A stretch of 64,000 bases of DNA from an uncultured Chloroflexia bacterium (GTDB taxonomy: Bacteria > Chloroflexota > Limnocylindria > Limnocylindrales > CSP1-4). The notes below the pieces were generated by a model. That model made no database searches. It was not told the origin of the DNA and saw only the letters and a list, made by a program, of their open reading frames with translations. Shown here piece after piece: positions 40,021-47,824 of this stretch (position 1 is the stretch's first letter; each line of letters starts with the position of its first letter). The position numbers and the translations under genes were made by a program. Where the stretch lies: assembly GCA_963828165.1 (NCBI GenBank), contig CAWHDR010000001.1, forward strand, positions 1,152,001-1,216,000, read 5' to 3'.

Positions 40021-41078
40021 CCGACGTGTCCGTCGCGATCCTCCACCCGGAGGCGGGTACCGACGCCGGCCAGCTCGTCCGCGTCGTGGCCGACGCCCGG
40101 GCCGACCTCGCGGAGCGGCACCGAGCCGGGTTCCTGGCGGCGGGCGCTGTACGGGCCCGGGTGCTCGCCGGCCCACCGGACGGCGTGCCCTTCGGCGCCC
40201 GGCTCCGGGGTCTGCTCGATGACGCCGGATCGGGCGGGCTCGTCGTCCTGGGCTCGGGCGCGGTCCCCCTGCTGAACGCCGCGGACCGACGATCCTTCGT
40301 TGCGGCCGCCGCCGCCAATCGACCCCAGGCGCTGGCGAACAACCGCTACTCGGCCGACATCGTGGCGATCGCCCGCGCCCGCGACGCCCTCGCCAGCGTC
40401 CCGGATCTGGAGAGCGACAACATGCTGCCGCGCTGGCTCGACGAGGTCGCGGGCGTGCCGGTCGCCGACCTGCGCCATCGATGGCGGCTGGGCGTCGACA
40501 TCGACGGGCCGCTGGACCTCGTGCTCCTCGGTGACCGCTGGTCCGGCGGGCTGACCGCCGCCGACCGGGAGCGCGTGGAGACGCGGCTGGTCGCGATCCG
40601 GGCTGTCGTCGCCGACGGCGCCGCCGAGGTCGTCGTCGCCGGACGGACTTCGCCCGGGACGCTCGTGTGGCTGGAGCGATCCGGCGCGGCACGAACGCGG
40701 GCTCTCATCGAAGAACGAGGGATGCGCACGAGCAGGCCGGGTCAGCGACCGGCGGCGAGCGTGCTGGGGGCCCTGCTGGAGCGGGACGGGCCGGCGTCTC
40801 TCGGGGAGCACCTGGCGCGCCTCGGCGAGGCCGCCGTCATCGACAGCCGGGTCCTGCTCGCCCACCGCCTGGGCGCCGACCAGTCCCGTTGGCCGCCAGC
40901 CGAGGACCGTCATGCCGCTGACCTCCTGCTCCACGAACGGATCGTCGACCCGTGGCTGCAGGCCGTGACGCTCGCCGCCGCGGAAGCGCCGATCCCGATC
41001 CTGCTCGGCGGGCACACGCTGGTCGGTCCGGGTCTACGTCTGGCGCTGGGTCGTAGCGGCCGCCCAAGACGGTCGTGA
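40017..41078 (+). CDS. Hypothetical protein, possibly CofC/GT-A nucleotidyltransferase-like fold
   Basis: GC3-rich ORF coupled to both neighbours; NNRYSAD, DNMLP, DIDGPLDL (resembles CofC DVDTPxDL), GGHTLV. Confidence 0.6.
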   Translation: MTDVSVAILHPEAGTDAGQLVRVVADARADLAERHRAGFLAAGAVRARVLAGPPDGVPFGARLRGLLDDAGSGGLVVLGSGAVPLLNAADRRSFVAAAAANRPQALANNRYSADIVAIARARDALASVPDLESDNMLPRWLDEVAGVPVADLRHRWRLGVDIDGPLDLVLLGDRWSGGLTAADRERVETRLVAIRAVVADGAAEVVVAGRTSPGTLVWLERSGAARTRALIEERGMRTSRPGQRPAASVLGALLERDGPASLGEHLARLGEAAVIDSRVLLAHRLGADQSRWPPAEDRHAADLLLHERIVDPWLQAVTLAAAEAPIPILLGGHTLVGPGLRLALGRSGRPRRS

Positions 41079-42301
41079 TGGACGACATCCAGCCAGGACT
41101 GCGCCGTGATCCGCCGACCGACCTGAGCGACGTCGGCGAGGACGCCGCGCTCCTGGATCGCATCCGTGTTGAGATCCGCGCAACCGGCCCGATGCCCTTT
41201 GCACGGTTCATGGAGCTCGCGCTGTACGCCCCCGAAGGCGGCTACTACCGAGCCGCCGCGGCTCGGCCCGGACGCAACGGCGACTTCATCACCGCACCCG
41301 AGCTGCATCCGATCTTCGGCCAGACGCTCTCGAGCGGGATCGAGGAGATCTGGAGGCGCCTCGGCGAGCCGAACCCATTCATGCTCCGTGAACACGGTGC
41401 CGGGACCGGCGCGCTCGGCCTGGCCATCCTGAACGAGCTCGACCGCGTCGGGTCGCCATTGCTCGAAGCGATCCGTTACGCACCGATCGAGGTCGAAGCG
41501 GATCGCATCGGGACGCTCGAGTCGCGTTTCGCGGAGGCCGGTCGGGGCGGCGTGCTCGCCGCGCCGGGCGAGACCGGCCACGTCGGCATCGTCGTCGCGA
41601 ACGAGGTGCTCGACGCCCTGCCCGTCCATCGCGTTCGTCGTCGCGGCGAGGCGCTGCGCGAAGTCGCCGTGGACGTGGATCGGGACGATGCCCTCGTGGA
41701 GGTCGAGATCGATCCGTCCACGCCCGCCCTCACGGAGCGCCTGGCGAGCGAGGCGATCGAGCTGGCCGATGGGCAGACGGCGGAGATCTGCCTCGCGCTC
41801 GACGCCTGGATCGCCGAGGCCGCGGCTTCGATCGCTCGGGGCGTGCTCCTGCTGATCGACTACGGCGCGCCGGCCGCCGATCTGTACCACCCCGTCCGCC
41901 GGCGCGACGGCACCCTGCGCGCCTACGTCCGTCACCAGGTCCACGACGACCCGTACGTGCACGTCGGCCGCCAGGACCTCACGGCCCACGTCGACGTGAC
42001 GGCGGTGGAACATGCGGCCCACGCCGCGGGTCTCACGACGATCGGGATCACGACCCAGGCCGAGGCGCTCATGGGCCTCGGCATCGAGGCGCGCCTGCAG
42101 GCGATCCAGGCGGATCCGGCCACGACCTTCGAGGACTACAGCCTGGTCAGATCCGCCCTCATGCGGCTGCTGGACCCGGCGGCGATGGGACGGTTCCAGG
42201 TCATGGCGTTCGGCCGGGACTGGCCCGACGGCGGCGGCGGCGAGGCGCCGCTCGGACTCTTCGCCTACCGCCTCCCGGCCCGTCCGTTTCTTCGCCGCTG
42301 A
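41075..42301 (+). CDS. SAM-dependent methyltransferase, MidA/NDUFAF7 family
   Basis: GPMPFARFMELALY.P..GYY, GDFITAPE, EHGAGTG, ANEVLDALP, IDYG, DLTAHVD, MGRFQV. Confidence 0.9.
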   Translation: MMDDIQPGLRRDPPTDLSDVGEDAALLDRIRVEIRATGPMPFARFMELALYAPEGGYYRAAAARPGRNGDFITAPELHPIFGQTLSSGIEEIWRRLGEPNPFMLREHGAGTGALGLAILNELDRVGSPLLEAIRYAPIEVEADRIGTLESRFAEAGRGGVLAAPGETGHVGIVVANEVLDALPVHRVRRRGEALREVAVDVDRDDALVEVEIDPSTPALTERLASEAIELADGQTAEICLALDAWIAEAAASIARGVLLLIDYGAPAADLYHPVRRRDGTLRAYVRHQVHDDPYVHVGRQDLTAHVDVTAVEHAAHAAGLTTIGITTQAEALMGLGIEARLQAIQADPATTFEDYSLVRSALMRLLDPAAMGRFQVMAFGRDWPDGGGGEAPLGLFAYRLPARPFLRR

Positions 42302-42575
42302 GCCTCCTCGGCTTACGTTCGTAATAGGGAACATGCCGTATTGCGGCACCGCCCCTTGCATCGTCACGCTGGACCCGGTCGCCATGCGACCTCACCGCCG
42401 GGGGGCGGGGTGCGATCCTGCACGCGCGCTCGGCGCAGTCCGCCCCCGGGTTGGTGTCTCGTCGGCCCTGACGCACTCGTCGGGGGCCGGCGACCAGCCG
42501 GTTCGACGTCCTCCTCGAGTCGATCCGGCCGCCCGCCGCCGGCGGCCCTCCACGACCCGGTCCACACGTGCCCGC

Positions 42576-42584
42576 TGCTAGAAT
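42576..42584 (+). promoter_or_regulatory. Extended -10 promoter element (TGcTAGAAT) for the nuo operon
   Basis: TGn-TAGAAT about 105 bp upstream of the nuoA TTG start. Confidence 0.5.
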
Positions 42585-42690
42585 GTGCATGGCGTGAGTG
42601 GCAACTCCTGCCGCCCCCTGCCCGCCGCCTCGACGGATCGCTGGATCCGATCGGCGCGGATCGGAACACGCGTCGCTCCAAGGAGTTCGC

Positions 42691-43047
42691 TTGACCGGGA
42701 TCTGGTACGTCATCGGGTTCGCCTTCGCGGGCGTGTCCTTCGTGTTCCTGACGATCGCCGCCGCGTGGCTCGTGTCCCACCGCAACCGCGGCGACGTGCA
42801 CAAGGGCCTGCCCTACGAATCCGGGATCGACACGTACGGCGACACCCATGGCCGCTTCGGCCTGTCGTTCTACATCTACGCCCTGCTGTTCGTCGCGTTC
42901 GATATCGAAGTCATCTTCATCTACCTGTGGGCGATCGCCTTCGACTCGCTGCTGCTGGGCGGCCTGGTCAGCATGCTGATCTTCGTGGGCATCCTCCTGC
43001 TCGGCCTGGCTTACGCCTGGCGCAAGGGGGCGATGTCATGGCGGTGA
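42691..43047 (+). CDS. nuoA: NADH-quinone oxidoreductase subunit A
   Basis: [36 protein letters not shown]; AAGGAG RBS before TTG. Confidence 0.93.
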   Translation: MTGIWYVIGFAFAGVSFVFLTIAAAWLVSHRNRGDVHKGLPYESGIDTYGDTHGRFGLSFYIYALLFVAFDIEVIFIYLWAIAFDSLLLGGLVSMLIFVGILLLGLAYAWRKGAMSWR

Positions 43048-43805
43048 AGCCCAAGGGTGCCGATGGGGCCGAGAACCTCGGCACCGGTCCGGCGGACGTG
43101 ACGGCGATCGGCTCCGACGCCACGACTCAGCCCGGGCTGCCCGCGACCCGTCCGTCGGATGCGCTGACGGTCCCGATCGTCGTCCCCAACTCGCTCTGGC
43201 AGGCCGCCGATCCTGAGGCCTACGACGGCGGGCGCCCGACCGACATCACCCACCTCGCCGAGTTCGAGGCGAGCGGTCTCGGTCGCCGCGACGATGCCCG
43301 CTGGGGCGGCTTCCTCGAGGTCATCCCGACGAAGGCCGACTATGTGCTCGACCTCATCCGGATGAACAGCCTCTGGCCGCTGCTCTCGGGCCTGGCCTGT
43401 TGCGCGATCGAGATGATGTCGGCGGCGACCTCGAAGAACGACATGGACCGCTGGGGCATGTTCCCGTTCCGGGCAAGCCCACGCCAGGCCGACGTCCTGA
43501 TCGTGGCCGGCACGCTGACGACCAAGATGGCGGGGCCGCTCGTCCGCCTGTGGGAGCAGATGCCCGAGCCCAAGTGGTGCGTGGCGATGGGCGATTGCAC
43601 CTGTTCCGGGGGGCGCTACAAGCGGAGCTACTCCACGGTCGAGGGCATCGACCGGGTCATGCCGGTCGACGTCTACGTCCCGGGCTGTCCGCCCCGCCCG
43701 GAGGGCCTCATCTACGGGATGATGAAGCTCCAGCAGCTCGTCAAGGACCGCCGCGGGCACTGGCCCGACCGGGCGATCGGGCCGACCGTTCCCGAGCAGG
43801 TCTGA
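43038..43805 (+). CDS. nuoB: NADH-quinone oxidoreductase subunit B (long N-terminal extension)
   Basis: [46 protein letters not shown]. Confidence 0.95.
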   Translation: MAVKPKGADGAENLGTGPADVTAIGSDATTQPGLPATRPSDALTVPIVVPNSLWQAADPEAYDGGRPTDITHLAEFEASGLGRRDDARWGGFLEVIPTKADYVLDLIRMNSLWPLLSGLACCAIEMMSAATSKNDMDRWGMFPFRASPRQADVLIVAGTLTTKMAGPLVRLWEQMPEPKWCVAMGDCTCSGGRYKRSYSTVEGIDRVMPVDVYVPGCPPRPEGLIYGMMKLQQLVKDRRGHWPDRAIGPTVPEQV

Positions 43806-43807
43806 CC

Positions 43808-44356
43808 ATGGACCGCGCGTTCAAGGCCCGCCTGGAGGCCCGCTTCGCCGACCAGCTGACCGGGCCGGTCCGGCAGCGCCACGACGAGACCGAGATCCGC
43901 ATCGGCCCCGGCGACGTGACCCAGGTGATCACCGCGCTCCACGACGAGCCCGCGTTCGGCTTCGAGTTCCTGGCCGATCTGGCGGGCGTCGACACCGGCG
44001 AGGTCATGCAGGTCGTCTACCACCTGTGGAGCGCGACGACACCGGACTGGCTGCGGGTCATCGCCGACGGCCTTTCGCGCGACGACCCCCGCGTCCCGTC
44101 GGTCACCTTCATGTGGAAGGGCGCCGAGTGGATGGAGCGCGAGGCCTACGACATGTTCGGCATCACGTTCGAAGGCAACCGCGACCTGCGGCGCATCTAC
44201 ATGCCGCCCGACTACCAGAGCTTCCCCTTGCGCAAGGACTTCTTCCTGCCCGACGACGCCGCCCGCTCGCCCGGGGCGGGTGTTCGACCCATGGAGCGAA
44301 CCCACGCGCCGCGCAACGCTCCGGCGACCGCGACGGTCCGCCGTGGCGATGCCTGA
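43808..44356 (+). CDS. nuoC: NADH-quinone oxidoreductase subunit C
   Basis: VPSV..W.GAEWMEREAYDMFGI.F.G..DLRRI.MP...PLRKDF. Confidence 0.93.
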   Translation: MDRAFKARLEARFADQLTGPVRQRHDETEIRIGPGDVTQVITALHDEPAFGFEFLADLAGVDTGEVMQVVYHLWSATTPDWLRVIADGLSRDDPRVPSVTFMWKGAEWMEREAYDMFGITFEGNRDLRRIYMPPDYQSFPLRKDFFLPDDAARSPGAGVRPMERTHAPRNAPATATVRRGDA

Positions 44357-44383
44357 CCAGGCCATCACGTCCAAGGATCCCGC

Positions 44384-45634
44384 ATGACCGCGACGAAGCC
44401 CCGCCCCGACGCCCCCGCCCACGCCCAGCCGGACGCGCCGAGCGACGATCCGCGCGTCAGGCTCGACCGCGACCTCGGCGTGTTCGAGCCGGTCCCGCCC
44501 TACCCGCCCCGGACCGAGCGAGAGGCCGAGTTCTACACCCTCGGCGACGGCGAGATGTTCATCAACATGGGCCCCCAGCACCCGTCGACCCACGGCGTGC
44601 TCAGGGTCGTCCTCAAGCTCGACGGCGAGAAGGTCGTCGACCTCGATCCGGTCCTGGGCTACCTCCATCGCGGTGTCGAGAAGCTGTGCGAGAACGCCGA
44701 CTACCACCAGGCCATCTGCTACCTCGATCCGCTCGAGTACGTGAGCTCACTGTTCTGCGAGTGGCCCGGCGTCATGGCGTTCGAGAAGCTGATGGACGTC
44801 CAGGTCCCGCGCCGCGCCGAGTACATCCGCGTCCTGTCCGCGGAGCTCAACCGGGTGGCCAGCCACGCCCTGTTCCTCGGTTGGATGGCGCTCGACCTCG
44901 GCGGCCTCACGCCGATCCTGTGGTCGTTCATCGAGCGCGACGAGATCGTGGAGATGCTTGCCTCGCTGACCGGCCAGCGGATGCTGTTCAACTACTTCCG
45001 GATCGGCGGCGTGAACGGCGACCTCAACCACGAGTTCATGAGCCGGCTCGGCGACTGGATGAGCCACGCGACCGAGCAGATCGAGGCGGGCAACGCGCTC
45101 CTCAACGAGAACGAGATCTTCGTGCGCCGGATGCGCGGTCTCGGCACCATCGACTCGAAGGCGGCGCTGCGGATGGTGATGACCGGGCCGAACCTGCGCG
45201 CGACGGGCGTGCCGTTCGATGTCCGCCGGGCGCACCCGTACAGCATCTATCCGGAGCTGGATTTCGACATCCCGACGCGCACCGAGGGCGACTGCCTGGC
45301 GCGCTACCTGCTCCGGATGGACGAGGTCAAGCAGAGCCTGCGGATCATCGACCAGTGCCTGCACCAGATGCCGGACGGCCCGGTCATGGCCAAGCTTCCG
45401 CGTCTGCTCCGACCGCGTCCGGGACGCGCGTACGCCGGCATCGAGGGCCCACGCGGCCAGTACGCCGCATACGTCGTGAGCGACGGCACCGACCAGCCCT
45501 TCCGCATGCGGATCCACGACCCCTCGTTCATCCACCTGCAGGCGGTGGGGGTCATGACCCCGGGTCACTTGATCGCCGACACGATGGCGGTGATGGCGTC
45601 CCTCGACCCGATCATGGGCGGCGTCGACAAGTGA
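44384..45634 (+). CDS. nuoD: NADH-quinone oxidoreductase subunit D
   Basis: NMGPQHPSTHGVLR, GYLHRG.EK, ELNR.ASH, EGPRG, SLDPIMG.VD; no [NiFe] CxxC motifs. Confidence 0.95.
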   Translation: MTATKPRPDAPAHAQPDAPSDDPRVRLDRDLGVFEPVPPYPPRTEREAEFYTLGDGEMFINMGPQHPSTHGVLRVVLKLDGEKVVDLDPVLGYLHRGVEKLCENADYHQAICYLDPLEYVSSLFCEWPGVMAFEKLMDVQVPRRAEYIRVLSAELNRVASHALFLGWMALDLGGLTPILWSFIERDEIVEMLASLTGQRMLFNYFRIGGVNGDLNHEFMSRLGDWMSHATEQIEAGNALLNENEIFVRRMRGLGTIDSKAALRMVMTGPNLRATGVPFDVRRAHPYSIYPELDFDIPTRTEGDCLARYLLRMDEVKQSLRIIDQCLHQMPDGPVMAKLPRLLRPRPGRAYAGIEGPRGQYAAYVVSDGTDQPFRMRIHDPSFIHLQAVGVMTPGHLIADTMAVMASLDPIMGGVDK

Positions 45635-45655
45635 ACGGCCACGGAGGACTGCCTT

Positions 45656-45774
45656 GCGCGCCGCTGGACGAGCCGAGGCGAAGGCGCCGGGGAGCAGCGC
45701 AGCGAGCGCACCCCAAGGTGCGTGAGCGAAGCAGCGGAGCCGGCAACGCGCGCATCGGCCGTCCGGTGGTGCGC
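45656..45774. repeat. About 120-bp imperfect inverted-repeat element (REP/MITE-like) between nuoD and nuoH
   Basis: GCGCGCCGCTGGACGAGCCGAGGCG pairs imperfectly with CGCATCGGCCGTCCGGTGGTGCGC; inner hairpin CGCACC-ccaa-GGTGCG. Confidence 0.55.
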
Positions 45775-45789
45775 TGAAGTGACCGCCAC

Positions 45790-47130
45790 ATGACGGTCGT
45801 CGGGAGGTCTTGGGGCAGGCTGACCCTGCCCGGCAAGATCGTGTTCACGGTCGTGCCCTTGTTGCTGCTTGCGACCGTTGCATTGGTCGCGGTCATCGTG
45901 CTGTTTGGCGAGCCGATCCTCGACATCCTCGTCGCGAACCTGCCGATCGTCCGTTTCGTGGTGGCAGTGACGATCGTCCTGCTGATGACGATCCCGACCG
46001 CGTTCCTGATCATCTACATGGAGATGAAGATCATCGCCCTGATGAATCTTCGGATCGGGCCGGATCGGGTGGGTCCGTTCGGATCCCTGCTGTCGGTGGT
46101 CCACGGGCTCAAGGTCCTCATGAAGGAGGATTTCACCCCCACGGGCGCCGACCCCATCGTGTTCACGTGGGCCCCGGTCGTCGTCTACCTCGCGAGCGTG
46201 ATGACGCTGCTCGTGATCCCGTTCGCGCCGGGGCTGTACGGGCAGGACCTGAACCTGGGGCTGCTCTACTTCTTCGCGATCGGCGGGCTGTCCGTGGTCG
46301 GGCTGCTGATGGCCGGCTGGGCGAGCTACAACAAGTACTCGCTCCTCGGCGGCCTGCGCGCGGCAGCCCAGGTCATCAGCTACGAGATCCCGCTGGTGCT
46401 GTCGGTCGTCGGGCTGATCCTGTTGGCCGACACGATGAGCGTGAACCAGATCGCGGAGAACCAGGCGGGCTGGTTCACCGACTGGTACATCTTCCGCCAA
46501 CCGCTCGGGGCGCTGATCTTCTTCATCGCCGCGACCGCCGAGGCGAACCGCACCCCGTTCGACCTCACGGAGGCCGACTCCGAGATCGTCGCGGGCTTCG
46601 CGACGGAGTACTCGGGGATGCGCTTCGGCTTCTTCTTCTTCGCCGAGTACGTGAACGTATTCATCGTCTCGGCGCTGTTCGTCACGTTGTTCCTTGGCGG
46701 CTGGAATGCCCCGTTCCCCTGGCCGTGGCCGGTGGAGCTGTCGCTGGACCCGGCCGGACTCGGCATCGGCCTGCTGCTGCTGGCCGGGATCGTCCCGGTC
46801 GTCCTGACGCTGCTCTTCGCCGCGCCGTTCTGGATCGCGAGCTCGCGCATCAAGTGGTGGCAGGCCCTGCTCGCCGGCTTCGTGCTGGCGAACCTGTTCA
46901 TCGTTGCGATGCTTGGTGCGTGGGCGTACATCGGGCTCGACTGGGTCGCCGGTATCCTCTGGTTCATGCTCAAGACGTACACGCTGGTGTTCACCTTCGT
47001 GTGGATGCGCGGCACGCTCCCGCGCGTCCGCATCGACCAGCTGATGGACTTCGCCTGGAAGTGGCTGCTCCCGGCATCCCTCCTGAACCTGTTCGTGACC
47101 GCGGCGGCCATCGTCGTCGTGGGCCGGTGA
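45790..47130 (+). CDS. nuoH: NADH-quinone oxidoreductase subunit H (with extra TM segments)
   Basis: RIGPDRVGPFG, KYSLLGGLRAAAQVISYE, AEANRTPFDLTEADSE, EYSG, WMRGTLPRVRIDQLM. Confidence 0.95.
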   Translation: MTVVGRSWGRLTLPGKIVFTVVPLLLLATVALVAVIVLFGEPILDILVANLPIVRFVVAVTIVLLMTIPTAFLIIYMEMKIIALMNLRIGPDRVGPFGSLLSVVHGLKVLMKEDFTPTGADPIVFTWAPVVVYLASVMTLLVIPFAPGLYGQDLNLGLLYFFAIGGLSVVGLLMAGWASYNKYSLLGGLRAAAQVISYEIPLVLSVVGLILLADTMSVNQIAENQAGWFTDWYIFRQPLGALIFFIAATAEANRTPFDLTEADSEIVAGFATEYSGMRFGFFFFAEYVNVFIVSALFVTLFLGGWNAPFPWPWPVELSLDPAGLGIGLLLLAGIVPVVLTLLFAAPFWIASSRIKWWQALLAGFVLANLFIVAMLGAWAYIGLDWVAGILWFMLKTYTLVFTFVWMRGTLPRVRIDQLMDFAWKWLLPASLLNLFVTAAAIVVVGR

Positions 47131-47140
47131 GGGGCATCGC

Positions 47141-47824
47141 ATGAGCTTCATCCCAGGCCTCGGCATCGCGAAGGGCATGGCGCTGACCCTGCGCCGCTTC
47201 TTCGAGCCCAAGGTCACGATCATGTACCCGGAGGTGCGGGCCGACGTCCCGCACAAGTTCCGCGGCCGGCTGCAGCTGCTCTACGACGAGTGGGGCACGC
47301 TCAAGTGCGAGACCTGCTTCCAGTGCGCCCAGGCGTGCCCGATCGAATGCATCGACATGGGCGGCATCGATACCCGCGGCCGATACCACGTCCACTGGGG
47401 CGCGGCCGAGACGTACGGGGAGCGGCGCGAGGAATCCGCGCTGCGCCGGTCGGGACGGACGGTGCCGGATCCGGCCTACCTCCCGTTCGCGCCGGTCGAC
47501 CTCGCCCAGGTCGACGCGATCCTCGAAGAACACGACCACGACCCCGCACGGATGCTCGACATCCTCGAGGCGACCCAGACCGCCTACGGCTACCTGCCCG
47601 TCGCCGCGCTCAAGCGGATCAGCCACGAGACGGGAGCCTGGTACGCGATGATCTACGGCACGGCCAGCTTCTACGCGCACCTGCGCTTCGAGCCCGCGGC
47701 GTCCGCCGAGCAGGCGAAGGCCGTGGACGAGCACCGGCCGGCCGAATTCGAGCTATCTCGCGGCGCTCGATGCCGCGCTGGACGGCGGCGGGCGCCCCGG
47801 CGCTCCGGCGCGGGCCTGACATGA
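47141..47824 (+). CDS. Fusion of NuoI N-terminal half (one CxxCxxCxxxCP) and NuoE N-terminal helical domain; no [2Fe-2S] domain; possible frameshift near 47748 (alternative stop 47819)
   Basis: KGMALTLRRFF..KVTIMYPE....FRGR...KCETCFQCAQACP, then VDAILEEH...LDILEATQTAYGYLP..ALKRIS...IYGTASFYAHLRFEP. Confidence 0.85.
   Translation: MSFIPGLGIAKGMALTLRRFFEPKVTIMYPEVRADVPHKFRGRLQLLYDEWGTLKCETCFQCAQACPIECIDMGGIDTRGRYHVHWGAAETYGERREESALRRSGRTVPDPAYLPFAPVDLAQVDAILEEHDHDPARMLDILEATQTAYGYLPVAALKRISHETGAWYAMIYGTASFYAHLRFEPAASAEQAKAVDEHRPAEFELSRGARCRAGRRRAPRRSGAGLT

Noticed and set aside
44384-45634. Group 4 [NiFe]-hydrogenase large subunit
   Set aside because: No N- or C-terminal CxxC nickel ligands; quinone-site His and Tyr are present
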